From positions 213,156,001 through 213,220,000 of the forward strand of contig OX597815.1 in the NCBI GenBank assembly GCA_951406725.2: 64,000 bases of DNA, read 5' to 3'. Every line of letters begins with the position of its first letter. The stretch's first letter is position 1. Both the position numbers and the translations under genes were made by a program. Source of the DNA: Octopus vulgaris (Eukaryota). The notes below the pieces were generated by a model that saw only the letters and a list, made by a program, of their open reading frames with translations, ran no database searches and was not told the DNA's origin. Shown piece after piece: positions 51,370 to 64,000 of the stretch.

Positions 51370-51403
51370 GCGGGAAATTTGTATTTGTTGTGAAAGGCGC
51401 GCC
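51370..51403 (+). promoter_or_regulatory. E2F-like sites GCGGGAAA and GGCGCGCC just upstream of the MMS22L ATG
   Basis: Consensus E2F motif match, typical of S-phase repair genes. Confidence 0.4.
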
Positions 51404-52498
51404 ATGCCTCAGAGCAATGGTTCATTCGGAACTCATCGGGTTTCTACAACCACCATCACCACCTTACCTATTCGTCCGCTTGTTATGTTTGTTTGTAATG
51501 GCGAAGTCAACCCGAACTGCCTGGACGATTTTCATCCTGAGAGTTATCTTAGCAAAGGTACCCTGAAGGATTTCTTCCAACACACCCAAGTCAGTGCTTC
51601 AACATCTCCACAGCTGCAAACTCAGCAAAAACCTGTTGGGTTTTTAGACGACGACGATGACGTTTGTATGAACGAGGTGAACCCAGCTGTTGACAGAAAC
51701 ACATGTTCTAACTGGATCTGGTTGTTTGGTTTTAAATATTCCGTTAGAACCGCATTAGATTTCCACCCTGAACGTTTGTTTTTATTGTTTAGACAGTCAA
51801 TCAATCATGTTGTCAACAACGCCGAGAGAGACACTCTCAGAATGGGAGAAGTCAATTCCCACCAAAGTAGAGAACTGTTAAGTCAACGAGAGCAAATTAA
51901 AACTTTTTTGGATTACATCAATTATTATTTACAGAAATATGTTCCTTCGAGTCTGAGAAATGACCCGTCGAGTGATTGTAACATTCCCGAGGAAACTAAT
52001 AACCATGTTTTTCTTCAACAATTATTTCATAACATTCAGTTATCGTTGCAACACATTGGACCCATCTCCGAATTACCAAGACACTTCCTCCAAAACAGTA
52101 CCTGTCGCCATGGAAGCAAAGGTGGTTCAGGATTCTATCACACTTTGCATATGCATCTGGATATATATTGGTCCACCATGGAACTAGTCTTCCGTATTGT
52201 TGATTTGTGTCCTGATCACAATTTTGAAATCACATCAGAAATGTTACATTGTGGGTCTCATTTGGTACCTACGGATGAAATCGAACCAGATGCATTTCAA
52301 AGAATTGTGAATTTTATCTTATGGGACTTGTCGGCAATTGCTTGCCAGCGTTTTTCTAATCTTGCATTTTCTGACTACACCAAAGTATCCCCGTTTACGT
52401 GTACCTGTGTCAAAGAGATGTGGACGATGTTAATTCAGGTGCTCAAACATCGGCAAAGATCTCGGGGTGGACGAGCGTTTTGGTACTCATTATACGAG
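51404..52498 (+). CDS. MMS22L: MMS22-like DNA repair protein, coding exon 1
   Basis: GCGCCATG start context. ESYLSKGTLK, LFLLFRQ, IGPISELP, HMHLDIYW and SPFTCTCVKEMW resemble the MMS22L N-terminus. GAG|GTAATG donor. Confidence 0.88.
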
Positions 52499-53998
52499 GT
52501 AATGTATTTTTTAAATTTCAACTATTTCATGTGATATATAACAATATATGAATTTAAGGTGGCAGAATCGTTACGGTGCCGGACAAAATGCTTAGCAGTA
52601 TTTCGTCTGGTTTTACGTTCTAAGTTCAAATTCCGCTGAGGTCCACTTTGCCTTTTATGCTTTCGGGGTCGATAAAATAAGTACCAGTCGAACACTGGGA
52701 TCGATGTAATCGATTTACCCCCTCCACCGAAATTATTGGCCTTGTACCAAAATTTGAAACCAATATTAGATATGAATCCCAGCATTTCTATAGTTTATAT
52801 CCATTGTATTTCTAGCTTTGGATTCTGCTTTTATGTTATTTCTATAAAAGATATTAAATCCTAAAGAACAACGGATAACATGTAACGTCATCTCAAATAC
52901 TTAGAAATATCATACGACTTGTACTGCCAAAAAAAGAGAGACATTTATCACTGTACTGGACAAGGGTGGGAAAAAAATCATCTCTTTCTAACAAATATAT
53001 GTACTACGTTTTATTTTTTACTTATCTTGAGGGTGGGGCCTCAGCATGACAATAATCTACTCGCTGGCACCAGTGAAGGAATGTTTGATATTTTTTAGTA
53101 AATTTGAGGCTTGTGTGAGTATCTGAGATTGACTGTGATCATGATTATGAAAAGCCTGGGGTAAGTGGGAAACGAGAGAGAGAGAGAGAGAGAGAGAGAG
53201 CATCGTGGTGATAAGAAAATTTATAAATCATATCAAAGTATGGTGAATAATGGACTTATTCTTCAAACCAGTCTGAGAATCAGTCACAATAAAATATTCT
53301 GCTCTGCTTGTGCTTTTCTTTTTGAAAAATGTTTGACTACATCCTGCCAATAAATCTTGTACCGGAGTTAAAAAGAAGCTACACAATCTGAATACAATTT
53401 GATTCGGAATAATGTTCTAATATAATGGTGTGTAACAAGAGAAATGCTCTGTCATATAAACCTGCTGGAAAATGACATATCTCTGAACTCTTGTGTAAAT
53501 CATTAGTCATCATTATTTTAATGTCCACTTTTCCATACTTGAAGAGATTGGACAGAGTTTGTTGAGGTCAATTTTCTACAGTTGAATGTCCTTGTTACCA
53601 ACCCTTACTTTTTCCAAGTAAGCTAATTTTTTCCCAATATCAGGCAAAATGATTGATAGTGGCTCTCATTTACAGCTGTCATACAGTATCAAAGCAAGGT
53701 GATACAGACATGCATAGACATACATACATTTATGCACACACACAACCGTCCAACCCATGCTAGCATGGAAAACGGACGCTAAACGATGATGATGATGATG
53801 ATGACACACACACACACACAATGGGCTTCTTTCAGTTTCCATCTATTAAATCTACTCATGAAGCTTTGGTCAGTCTGAGGTTATCGTAGATGTTTGCTCA
53901 AGGTGTCAGGGGACTTGCACCCAAAACCATGTGGTTGGAAAATAAACTTCTTAACCCCATATTTATCCCTTAATCAATAAAGGATTAAGCTTATTTAA

Positions 53999-54218
53999 CC
54001 CTTTCGTTACTGTATTTCTGTTGAGATGTTCTGTGTTTCTTTCAATTACTTTAAATATAACAAAGAATTTAGTAAAATAACTTGGTTATCATTCAGCTCG
54101 TGTTAGGAACATAAATTGTGACTAAGGTTTGGTGGAAGATTTTCATTCAAAATTTATGAAAACAAGACCTTTGTACTCAGAGCCAGAGCCGGTTTCAGCC
54201 GGGTTGGTAACGAAAGGG
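53999..54218. mobile_element. piggyBac-like MITE
   Basis: Perfect TIR CCCTTTCGTTAC/GTAACGAAAGGG flanked by TTAA on both sides. A left-end fragment of the same family sits in the array units (e.g. about 12219). Confidence 0.85.
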
Positions 54219-54389
54219 TTAACAGCAGTATTGTGAATGTAATTTGTATATCATATAAGGACAATTAATGAATAGATTTATTGCACACAATGTTCCTTGT
54301 TTTTCCATCTCTACATGTATATTGTATTTAAGAAGTGTAAAGAACTTTGACTGATTTTACTTTAAATTCATTTTCTTTATATTTTCTAG

Positions 54390-54758
54390 GTTATAAATGG
54401 ACATAAATTGGTTTCAAGTGCAACTGGTGATAAAACTGCAGGAACTATTCCCAACTTTTACTCTAAAAACGAGCTGAAAAACATTCCTGGGTTCTGCATT
54501 TGGATGATTTTCCATTTGGCACCACTCTATAAACTCAACAATTTTGGTAAACTTGATACTGGACAGAGATATGTTGAAAGCAATTATGAGGAAATTGTCA
54601 GCCAAATGAAAGGTTTACTCGCTGGTCAAGTTTCTGAGGAAGAGCTCCAATGTTATATGTTATGCTCCGTACAAATCTGTCGATTGTGGAAAGCAGATTT
54701 GACATTTCTAAATGTTCTTTGGAATTACTTTTTTCGTAAACTAAACAACACCTTTAAG
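54390..54758 (+). CDS. MMS22L: MMS22L coding exon 2
   Basis: TTTTCTAG acceptor, AAG|GTAAAG donor, phase 0 at both ends. Encodes GFCIWMIFHLA and LWNYFFRKLNNTF. Confidence 0.88.
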
Positions 54759-57700
54759 GTAAAGTACTATAATAATAATTCTTTCTAATTTGGGCACAAG
54801 GCCAGCAGTTTGAAGGGGAAAGGGTCAGTCAATTAGATCAACCCCAGTACTTGATTGGTACTTTATTACCTTATTTTATTGAACCTGAAAGGATAAAAGG
54901 CCAAGTCGACCTTGGCAGTATTTGAACTCTGAAAGTAAAACTGGAAGAAATGCTGTCAAGCATTTTGAGAGGTATGCTAATAATTCTGCCAGCTCATCAC
55001 CTTCTAATTATTCTTTCTATTTTGAGGGAAGGGGCACATCTATTAGATCAACTCCAGTACTCAATTTTACTGGGATTTTTTTCATACTACTACTACTACT
55101 ACTACTGATGAGGATGATGATAATGAGGATAATCTTTTCTACTACAGGCACAAGGCCTGAAATTTTGAGGGAGGGGATAACTCATTTTCATCGATTCCCC
55201 CCAGTGTTTCACTGGCACTTAATTTATCAACCCCGAAAGGATGAAAGGCAAAGTCACCCTCGGCGGAATTTGAACTCAGAATGTAGCAGTGGGTGAAATA
55301 CTGCTAAGCATTTCATCCAGTGTGCTAACAACACCGCCAGCTTGCTGCTTTAATAATAATAACAACAGTAATAATAATCCTTTCTGTTGTAGGCAGAAAG
55401 CCTGAAATTTTGGGGGTAGGAGACTGGTAGATTACATTGACCTCAGTACTCAACTGGTACTCATTTTATTGACCTCGAAAGGATGAAGAGCAAAGTTGAT
55501 CTCACTGGAATTAGAACACAGAATGTAAAGGTGGAAGAAATGTCACAAAGCACTTTGTCTGGATTGATAATGATTTTGCTAGCTTTGCTGCCTTACTACA
55601 GATGATAACAATGATTGCTATCAGAGGCACAAGCCATAGATTTGGGAAGAGAGAACACTTGCAAATACATACAGACTTAATGTTACTACTCTTCCCGGTG
55701 TCTTAATCTTTTGCTATTCATACTCCAGCTACAATCATGCTGCAGGAACTACTAAGACCTCCTTTAGTGAGAACATGGGACTCTCAACACTGCATATAGA
55801 TTTTATCATGAATATCATGGTCCCCATGCCGGTGGCACGTAAAAAGCACCCACTACACTCACGGAGTGGTTGGCGTTAGGAAGGGCATCCAGCTGTAGAA
55901 ACTCTGCCGGATCAGACTGGGCCTGGTGCAGCCTTCTGGCTTCCCAGACCCCAGTTGAATCGTCCAACCCATGCCAGCATGGAAAGCGGACGTTAAATGA
56001 TGATGATGATGAATCAGTTTATTTCGTACTATCTTAGTATCCATGAGCAACTCATGAAGTCCCTGCACATGCTAGCCTCACAATCTCTGATAATCTCTTG
56101 TGGCAATCTTACATATGTACATCATCAGCATCATTCAGCATCAGTTTTCCATGCTGGCATGATTCAGACAGCTTAACAAGAACCGGCAAGAGCAGGGGTT
56201 GCACCTCTCGCATGGCAACATTACATATATGATATCACGAAAACCAGGCTTCCTCTTCAGAGACAGAAATTACTTCAGTTTTCATAAGTTGCTAACCCTC
56301 TTCAACACTGCAAAACAATAAAAAAAAGTACTGCTGACGTACTTTACATAGAAATGCTGCTGAATATATTATACCACACCCTGCTTTAAATGAGTCCCAT
56401 CCAGTTGGTGATTCATTCATCAGGATGGTACTCCCCCTACTATAATGGCTTCTGTTCCTTCAATCCAGGGTCAACAAATATTTTATATCTTTGATCCCTT
56501 CATAGAATTGTTGATCACTTATCAGCCCATCATGTAAATTTCTAGAATAAATTAGAAAGTATAATTAATAAAAATTTCTTGATTGAAAGAGAATAATTCT
56601 TCCATTTTTTTTAATCATTTAATGAGAAATAGTTTAAGAGATTTAACAAAATTCATGAAGGGCAATAATGCTCAAAATTGTTTCAGGTGTTTGTCAACCC
56701 CTTGAACAGATACATAGATACCCCACCACCCCAGGGGTCAATACTGACTACTTTGCCAACCTCTGCTTAAAAGTTACAAGCTAAGTGGACTATCTCTGTT
56801 CAGCCTCTTCCTCCACTTTTTTTTTTATCTCTTGTGTTTCCCTTGAAAAATTCTGCATCAAACACTTTCCTTATTCATTCTACTCCAGTTATGCATTCCT
56901 TAGGATTTTCCTCTTTATCTATAAATGTTTGTTCCAGTACCCTGCATTGATCTTGCCACTATGTGAAACTATGGGCACTTTGTTCCCTCTAATAGCAAAA
57001 ACCTGATGTTGCACACTGAATGTATAATAAATGTAATTATTTATTATTACAGGCCGGTTGCCAGCTCTGTCTGGCCCCGTGTCGGTGGCACGTAAAAGCA
57101 CCATCCGTTCATGTCCGTTGCCAGCATCGCCTGGCCCCGTGCTGGTGACACGTAAAAGCACCATCCGTTCGTGGCCGTTCGCCAGCTCTGTCTGGCACCT
57201 GTGCAGGTGGCACGTAAAAAACACCCACTACACTCGCGGAGTGGTTGGCGTTAGGAAGGACATCCAGCCGTAGAAACACTGCCAGATCTGACTGGGCCTG
57301 ACGAAGCCTTCCAGCTTCACAGACCCCAGTTGACCCGTCCAACCCATGCTAGCATGGAAAACGGACGCTAAACGATGATGAGGATGATGATGATTTATTT
57401 TAACCAATGATCCTTTTGAGTACTTATAAATTTCTTCTGTAGACTAGTACCAAAATGTGTGCACAATGGTGCTGCCCTTCTTACTAAATAGAAATTATAT
57501 ATATATAGAAAAAAAAAGCAACTTTGTCTATAAATGTTTGTCATCAAAGATTTTGACCAGTTATAAAGTTGATGCTTTCTTAATAGATCTTTACATGCCA
57601 GTGGCACGTAAAAAGCACCCACTACACTCTCGGAGTGGTTGGCATTAGGAAGGGCATCCAGCTGTAGAAACTCTGCCAGATCAAGATTGGAGCCTGGTGC

Positions 57701-57905
57701 AGCCATCTGGTTCACCAGCCCTCAGTCAAAATCGTCCAACCTATGCTCGCATGGAAAGCAGACGTTAAACGATGATGATGATGATCTATCTGATTAATTC
57801 CATTTTACCTTAGACTAAGAATTTGTATTTGACCATATCAACATTTATGTTTTGTATCTATACTTGTAGAATGTCTTTGTAAGATCACATTTTTACTTCT
57901 TACAG

Positions 57906-60206
57906 GTTAATACATCTGGATTATCTGGCATGGTCATCAAAGTTAAAACTGCTCGTGAATTATTTGAAGAATGCTTGGAGCTAAATAATAAAGACTTTGA
58001 TCTAGCTACTCTTTCTAAAGGAAATAGTTTCCACCTATTTCTTTACCTAACATGTCAACAACTCAAAGCATTTGTTAATGATGGGAACAATTCAGCCTGG
58101 CGGAATTTTAAAGGACGACTCTTATCAAAGTTCCATCAACGAGGAATGCAAGAATTGACAGAACCTGGTCTTACACATTTCACCAAGCTGTTTCTCAGCT
58201 TAACATTATGCACACACGATGAGCAGCTACTGCGGTCTCTGTTGGATTTTTACAACATGATTGACTTTCGATTAGCTGATACCAAGCGCCAATGTGTTAT
58301 AATAAAGGGAATTTATGCAGGAATGTCCATCTTCATGCACTGGAATCATGACTGTAGTGCTGCAATTGACAGAATAATACCATTGCTGAATTACATAAGT
58401 AGTAAATTTGCATCAGATTCCATCGATGTGCACAAGCGAAGAGATCTGTGGGATGTCCTTAAAGTTTATATAGATTGTTTACAAGACTTAATTGATTCTA
58501 GTCCTGAATTCACTTTATCTGAATATAAACTCATTTCAAAAGACATCAATCTCATTTTAACAGTTTGCCATAATTTTGAAATATGTAGCATGGTTGTCTT
58601 GTTTAGTGCAGTTCTGTCAAAGCTGCTTTCCTTGGTCAAAACCCAACAAGAAACTGAAGGAGATATATTCATACCAAACGACCACCATGAACAGATGGCA
58701 CAAAGTATGTGGGTAACAGTTTTCCCATTTGTTGAGAGTGAAGCCAAATCTCCGAAAGCACTGCCCGAAATTGCTGACCTTGCAGCTCAGTTCCTCTGCC
58801 TTTCACTTACACTCCCTGACTGGAGTCCCAGTTTTTCCTCAGTCTTCTCCAAATTTGTTTGTGATATATCTATCAATGTGTCGGTTACTTGCCGTTTCCT
58901 TGGACATGTTTTGGCAGAACCATCTGTCACTGAAAATCTGGAAGCTAGTGAAGATCAGTTTCTTAAAGGCTCACTCCAGATTAAACTAATTCATAGCTGG
59001 CTTAGATGTTGTTTATTGTTAGGACCTGTTCCCTCAAGACAACTTGAAGTTGTGACCAAATATGTGTTAGATTTGCCTATCATTAAAAGAATCTGTTCTG
59101 TAGTAAATAAGACAGATCTTACAAGTGAATGTGAAGTTTTGATAGAACTTTTCAAAATGTTTGCAAAGGCTCATGAAATCACTGTGAGCTGGGAAGACAA
59201 AATGAAATTGAAAGAGGATATTAAGCTATTTTTTGAAGATATCAGTATTAGTATACAACCACTTCTTGATAATCCCTCGAATATGTCAGTTGTAAAGCAT
59301 ATATATTCTACAATAGGGAACCTTGTAAAGTTCTGTGCACCTTTGTTGTTTAATGTTCCTTCTTTGCAGCAGGTCATTGATTGCTTGCTCTTCCCCCATT
59401 CTTTATTTAACCCTTCCAAGCCTCTCAACCCAATCATAAAGTCAGTTGTACATGATACACTTCATTTATTTGTTTCGGGTTTGAGTAAAATCAGCAGCCG
59501 ATATGCCCCATATGTCCAACGAAGACTGAAAGACATAGTTCTGCAATATTTGCCAAGGTTTCCATTGAAACGTAGTGGTGGAGAACAAACTAATTTCACA
59601 TTTCAACTAAAACCTCATCCTTTGGTACATTTACTTACAGATAGACTGGTTACAAATAGCATTTGTAACATGAGAAACTTTCGAAATTTTATTTGGGCAA
59701 CTTTACAGGAAAATGTCCTGAAAGCCGAGGGCTTAAAACTTCCTGAATCTACAACTATTGGTGTTCAGTTTATTGGAGAAGTTATTGATATGACAGAATC
59801 GTCGGAAGATGTCGCTAAAGACACACTGTTACTGCTTCGACCACTTCTGGAATGCTATTTACTCACAAAAACTCCTCAACTTAGACAAAGTACAACACAA
59901 GTGTTAAACCTTCTCCTGAAAGCGTGCTACCAGTATTCAACAGAAGTACCTTGTAAAGAATTATTAGAAATACTTAATCAGTTTTTGACTGACTATTTTG
60001 CTAATTTTCCTGCTAGCCTCAGTCAACTCTGGAATAAGTTGTTCTTATTTTATCCGGACCTTTTACAAGAAAATAGACCAGTTTTGTTATTACTTCTGGA
60101 AAAACTTGAACTGAAGCGAGGTACAGGCACTGATAATCACCTTCGTCAACATTGGTTAACGTACTTAAATAAAACAGACAAGACACAAGAAACGGTGTCT
60201 TTATAA
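57906..60206 (+). CDS. MMS22L: MMS22L coding exon 3, terminal
   Basis: TTCTTACAG acceptor, 766 codons including KGRLLSKFHQRGMQELTEPGL, which is conserved in MMS22L. Total about 1254 aa. AATAAA at 60594. Confidence 0.92.
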   Translation, partial: VNTSGLSGMVIKVKTARELFEECLELNNKDFDLATLSKGNSFHLFLYLTCQQLKAFVNDGNNSAWRNFKGRLLSKFHQRGMQELTEPGLTHFTKLFLSLTLCTHDEQLLRSLLDFYNMIDFRLADTKRQCVIIKGIYAGMSIFMHWNHDCSAAIDRIIPLLNYISSKFASDSIDVHKRRDLWDVLKVYIDCLQDLIDSSPEFTLSEYKLISKDINLILTVCHNFEICSMVVLFSAVLSKLLSLVKTQQETEGDIFIPNDHHEQMAQSMWVTVFPFVESEAKSPKALPEIADLAAQFLCLSLTLPDWSPSFSSVFSKFVCDISINVSVTCRFLGHVLAEPSVTENLEASEDQFLKGSLQIKLIHSWLRCCLLLGPVPSRQLEVVTKYVLDLPIIKRICSVVNKTDLTSECEVLIELFKMFAKAHEITVSWEDKMKLKEDIKLFFEDISISIQPLLDNPSNMSVVKHIYSTIGNLVKFCAPLLFNVPSLQQVIDCLLFPHSLFNPSKPLNPIIKSVVHDTLHLFVSGLSKISSRYAPYVQRRLKDIVLQYLPRFPLKRSGGEQTNFTFQLKPHPLVHLLTDRLVTNSICNMRNFRNFIWATLQENVLKAEGLKLPESTTIGVQFIGEVIDMTESSEDVAKDTLLLLRPLLECYLLTKTPQLRQSTTQVLNLLLKACYQYSTEVPCKELLEILNQFLTDYFANFPASLSQLWNKLFLFYPDLLQENRPVLLLLLEKLELKRGTGTDNHLRQHWLTYLNKTDKTQETVSL

Positions 60207-63006
60207 AAACACCTTCTATATTTGTAGTTTTATAAAAAAATATATATATTCAAATTGTGCTGGTAACATTTTGATTTTGTGGAAAATTTTCTTTAAATTT
60301 GGGTAGTGTATTGCAGACACTATTGTCCTTCCTTTTTTAAGACAGAGACATAAAATGTTGCTGCTATTTTTGGCAGATCAAGCAACCATGTAGAGGTTTC
60401 CTCCCAATCATGCTGGTGTACATATGAAGCTGACAACTGAAGCTAGAGATAATTTAATGATTGAATGTTAATGTTATGACAGTGATAAGAGATAGCTTTG
60501 CAAGAAATGCTCAAGTAGTAACTTGAAGAGACACTTTAATATATGTATGTGTGTGTGTGTGTGTTTCTGAATGCTTTTCAAACTAATCAATGAAATAAAA
60601 GTCTGATATTGATTTTTCTTGTCCTTTTGTTTTTCATAACTAACAAAATAATCTGATATATCTTAAATTATTTTGAAATTTTGATTTTCCCACTTCCATT
60701 CAGTTTCAGACATTTGATGCTTATCTTCACAGCTGGTTTATATTTGAGGCACAGGGATGGCTGTGTGATTAAAAAGTCAACTTCCCAACCACAATTTTAG
60801 GGTCAGTCCACAGCTTTTTGAGTGGATTTGGTAAAAGAGTAAAAGAGAGAGAGGTACATGGTAACAGAAAGAAGCCCATTGTGTGTGTATATGTCTGTGT
60901 GTGTTTGAGTTTGTAATTTCCCTTTTCATGTATTTTGCTGGTTGTAAACAATGGCTCACTGATGGCATCCTTTGTTTCCAGTCTTCCATGTAAACAAATC
61001 TGGGATCATTGTTGTTCAGTGGAGTGGGAAAATATTACCTCACATAGAAAGAAGTGGGGGTTGTTAATGAGGGGCATCTGGCTGTAGAAAACTCCGCCTT
61101 GAAACTCTTGGTCGAACAAGTTGACCCTAGTATTTATATTTAAGTTAGGTAGTTATTCTACCGGTCTCTTTGGTTGAACCGGGGATGTAAACAAACCAAC
61201 TCTGGTTGTCAAGCAGTGGTAGGAGACAGACACATACATACAGGCATGGATGTGTTAAGAAGCTTGTTTCCTAACCGCATGGTTCTCAGGGTCCAGCCCC
61301 CCTCCAGGCACCAAATAAAGTGTCTTCTACTATAGCCTCAGGCTGACCAAAGCCTTCTGAGTGGACTTTGTAGGTAGAAACTGAAAGAAGCCCATCATAT
61401 ATATATGTATATATATCTATGTGTTTCTTTGTCTTTGTTCCCCAATGACCAGTGTTGGTGTCTTTGCATCTCTGTAACTTAGTGGTTCAGCAAAGTGACC
61501 AGTAGAAAAAGATGGCCTAGTGGTTAAGCTCTTGATCATAAAGTCATGGGTTCAATTCCTGGAACTGTTTCTCTGTATGATTGCTATCCAGTAACCCACC
61601 CCACCACTCTATATATACCCAAGTTTTCGCCACTGGACCCTCTGCACTCTCTAATCACACTTCCTTAGCAATACCTTGCCACTTATATATTATGACGTTC
61701 AAACCTCAAGGGTGTGTCTTGGCACTTGCCACCATCTGTATCTCTCTTCCTTTACTCAAATGTCCCGTTTACATTCGGATTCCTGTCCCTTGGGAGTATG
61801 CCCAGAACTTTCCCACCTGCTGCCTCTCTCCTTCTCCAGCACTTCACTCACTTTGGGTAATCATGTTTCTCCTTTGTGGAAGCCTGTTCCTGTCATCATT
61901 CCTCATCTCTTTCTCTCCGGCTGGGTAACCGTGTACCTCTTCTATAGCAAGACACCTGTTTCTGCCTCACTATAACCTTTCATCTGACACAAGATCCCCT
62001 CCCCTCTCAAAAGATTGTTTTTTGTCTTGCAAGGTACTTGGCGATCCGGTCAGTGCAGGTGCCACTTAAAAAGTATGCCATCCACACTGTGAAGTGGTTG
62101 GCATTTGGAAAGGCATTCAGCTGTATGTAAAAAGCACTAAATCCACTCTGCTGAGGGGTTGGTGTTAGGAAGGGCATCCAGCTGTGAGTGGATTTGGTAG
62201 GCAGAAACGTTAGCTGGGCGAAATGCTTAGCGGTGTTTCGTCTGCTGTTACGTTCTGAGTTCAAATTCTGCTGAGGTTGACTTTGCCTTTCATCCTTTCA
62301 GGGCCGATAAATTAAGTACCAGTTACACACTGGAGTCAATGTAATCGACTTAATCCGTTTGTCTGTCCTTGTTTGTCCTCTCTATGTTTAGCAATATTGC
62401 CTTGTGGGCAATAAAGAAATAAGAAACTGAAAGAAGCCCACCGTGTGTATGTGTACCCATGTTTTTTTGTCTCATCTTCACATGTCATGTAAATGAATGA
62501 CATTCATTTCCAATATTGAGGGAAAACATGTCTAACTACGGGGAAAATATTACCTTGCTTAGAAAGGAGTAAGGGTTGGCAACAGGAAGGGCATCCATCA
62601 TAAAAAATCTGCCTCAATAAACTGGTCAATGCAAGCATGGAAAAATGGCTGTTAAAATGATTAATTTTGTAGAAATTCAAGAAAAATCAAAGATATTTTA
62701 TAAAAGATTCTTTTATTGTTTGGTTTCATATTATGAATTAACCATTTAAGTTTCCCATTTTTACTGGAGTATCATTCCTTTTGTATCATTTTTAATACTG
62801 TCAAGATTTTTTGATGACACTGGAAGAATATACTCTTCATATTTAGTTTTTTTCCTGATAAAAATATATTTGCCCAGACTTTTTTTTGCTTTTTTTTCAT
62901 TCTTTCATACAAGTGAATACAAAGATCTCAGAACAGTTCTGCAGGAAGTCAAAGACGAATCTTCCAGCATTAACAGTCACATATACACACAATAATATTT
63001 TTAATG

Positions 63007-63753
63007 TCAGCTTTCATCCACATCCATGGCACTCACTTCTTGGATAGAAGATATGTCAAGAGATTGTTCCTGGTTACAAGGATCCATCATATCGGCAGCT
63101 ATGTCAAGGGATTGTTCGTGGCTGCAAGTAGCCATCATATCAGTAGATATGTCTAGAGTTTGTTCCTGACCACAGGAATCTACCATGTCAACCGTTATAA
63201 CAGCCTGGTGAATGGTGTCGGATGTTGAAACACATACAGTGTTTTCCTCTTGTGGGGCCACTGCAATAGCATGGATTTCATTGTTCTCAGTAGGAATGGC
63301 CTGTTGAACTAGTGTTACCGTTTGTAAATCCTCAACCGTATTAATGTCATTGCTCTGATCAATGTTCTCAACATTATCCACAATGTTCTCATTGTTATCG
63401 ACAATGCTATCGTTGTTATTGACAATATCGCTGACGTGATCCTCTCCACTGCAGTCACCGTTCGTCTCAACAATCTGTTCGTTCTCCTCGTTAACAACAC
63501 TCACTTCAATGTCCGACTGCTGGACAACCTGCTCTTCAGCAGGCAGAATTAAACTCTCCACAGCTTGGATGTCAAGCATGTCCAGGTTGTTCTCTTGCGA
63601 ACCTGTGCTCACAACTATGTACGATGCAGTTTCCTCAGACCCTGTGGCTTCCAACATTGAGTGCTGCACATCATGCGCATTGGCACTGATTTCTACATTC
63701 TGAATAATTTCATCTGATGATAAATTTGTATGCAGCACTACATATTCAGCAGT
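63007..63753 (-). CDS. Terminal exon of an unidentified gene; acidic D/E/Q/N-rich low-complexity C-terminus
   Basis: TTTTTTCTAG acceptor at 63754, 248 open codons to TGA, three short QSLDI-type repeats, AATAAA at about 62712-62717 on the minus strand. Confidence 0.7.
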   Translation of the reverse strand, partial: TAEYVVLHTNLSSDEIIQNVEISANAHDVQHSMLEATGSEETASYIVVSTGSQENNLDMLDIQAVESLILPAEEQVVQQSDIEVSVVNEENEQIVETNGDCSGEDHVSDIVNNNDSIVDNNENIVDNVENIDQSNDINTVEDLQTVTLVQQAIPTENNEIHAIAVAPQEENTVCVSTSDTIHQAVITVDMVDSCGQEQTLDISTDMMATCSHEQSLDIAADMMDPCNQEQSLDISSIQEVSAMDVDES

Positions 63754-64000
63754 CTAGAAAAAAAGAAAAAAAAGAAGTCAATACAGTTTCAAATTACATT
63801 TTGTTTTGCTTCAAATAATTCATCCTGTTAATAATTCAGGCAGAACAGCATTTATTTTAAGCAGTTTTTCTCCTCTTCATACTTTTGATCTAATTGTAAA
63901 AGCACCATCCGTTCGTGTCCGTTGCCAGCCTTGCCTGGCCCCCGTGCCGGTGGCACGTAAAAGCACCATCCGTTCGTGGCCGTTGCCAGCCTCACCTGGC

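Noticed and set aside
58466-59437. Antisense and alternative-frame ORFs within MMS22L exon 3
   Set aside because: Shadow ORFs of the real coding exon

Overview
AT-rich, SINE-dense eukaryotic DNA. The SINE and LINE families look like those of an octopus/cephalopod, which is an inference. Three protein-coding genes are present: (1) a complete 9-exon eIF3j gene on the minus strand (ATG 45820, stop 6709, 230 aa), missed by the ORF track; (2) a divergently oriented MMS22L gene on the plus strand with only 3 coding exons (51404-60206, about 1254 aa); (3) the last exon of an unidentified acidic protein on the minus strand (63007-63753). The standout feature is eIF3j intron 5 (8911-34060, 25 kb). It holds about 31 two-hairpin copies plus 4 half copies of a 120-130 nt box H/ACA snoRNA-like unit, all on the host-gene strand. 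The copies were amplified in nested tandem duplications (1647-bp, 837-bp and 2604/2605-bp units) and have split into at least four guide-pocket subfamilies. eIF3j intron 2 carries a 5'-truncated RTE LINE and an inverted pair of Penelope-like repeats, each with a minimal type I hammerhead ribozyme. The rest is SINEs, MITEs and microsatellites. All calls were made by eye, with no database searches.
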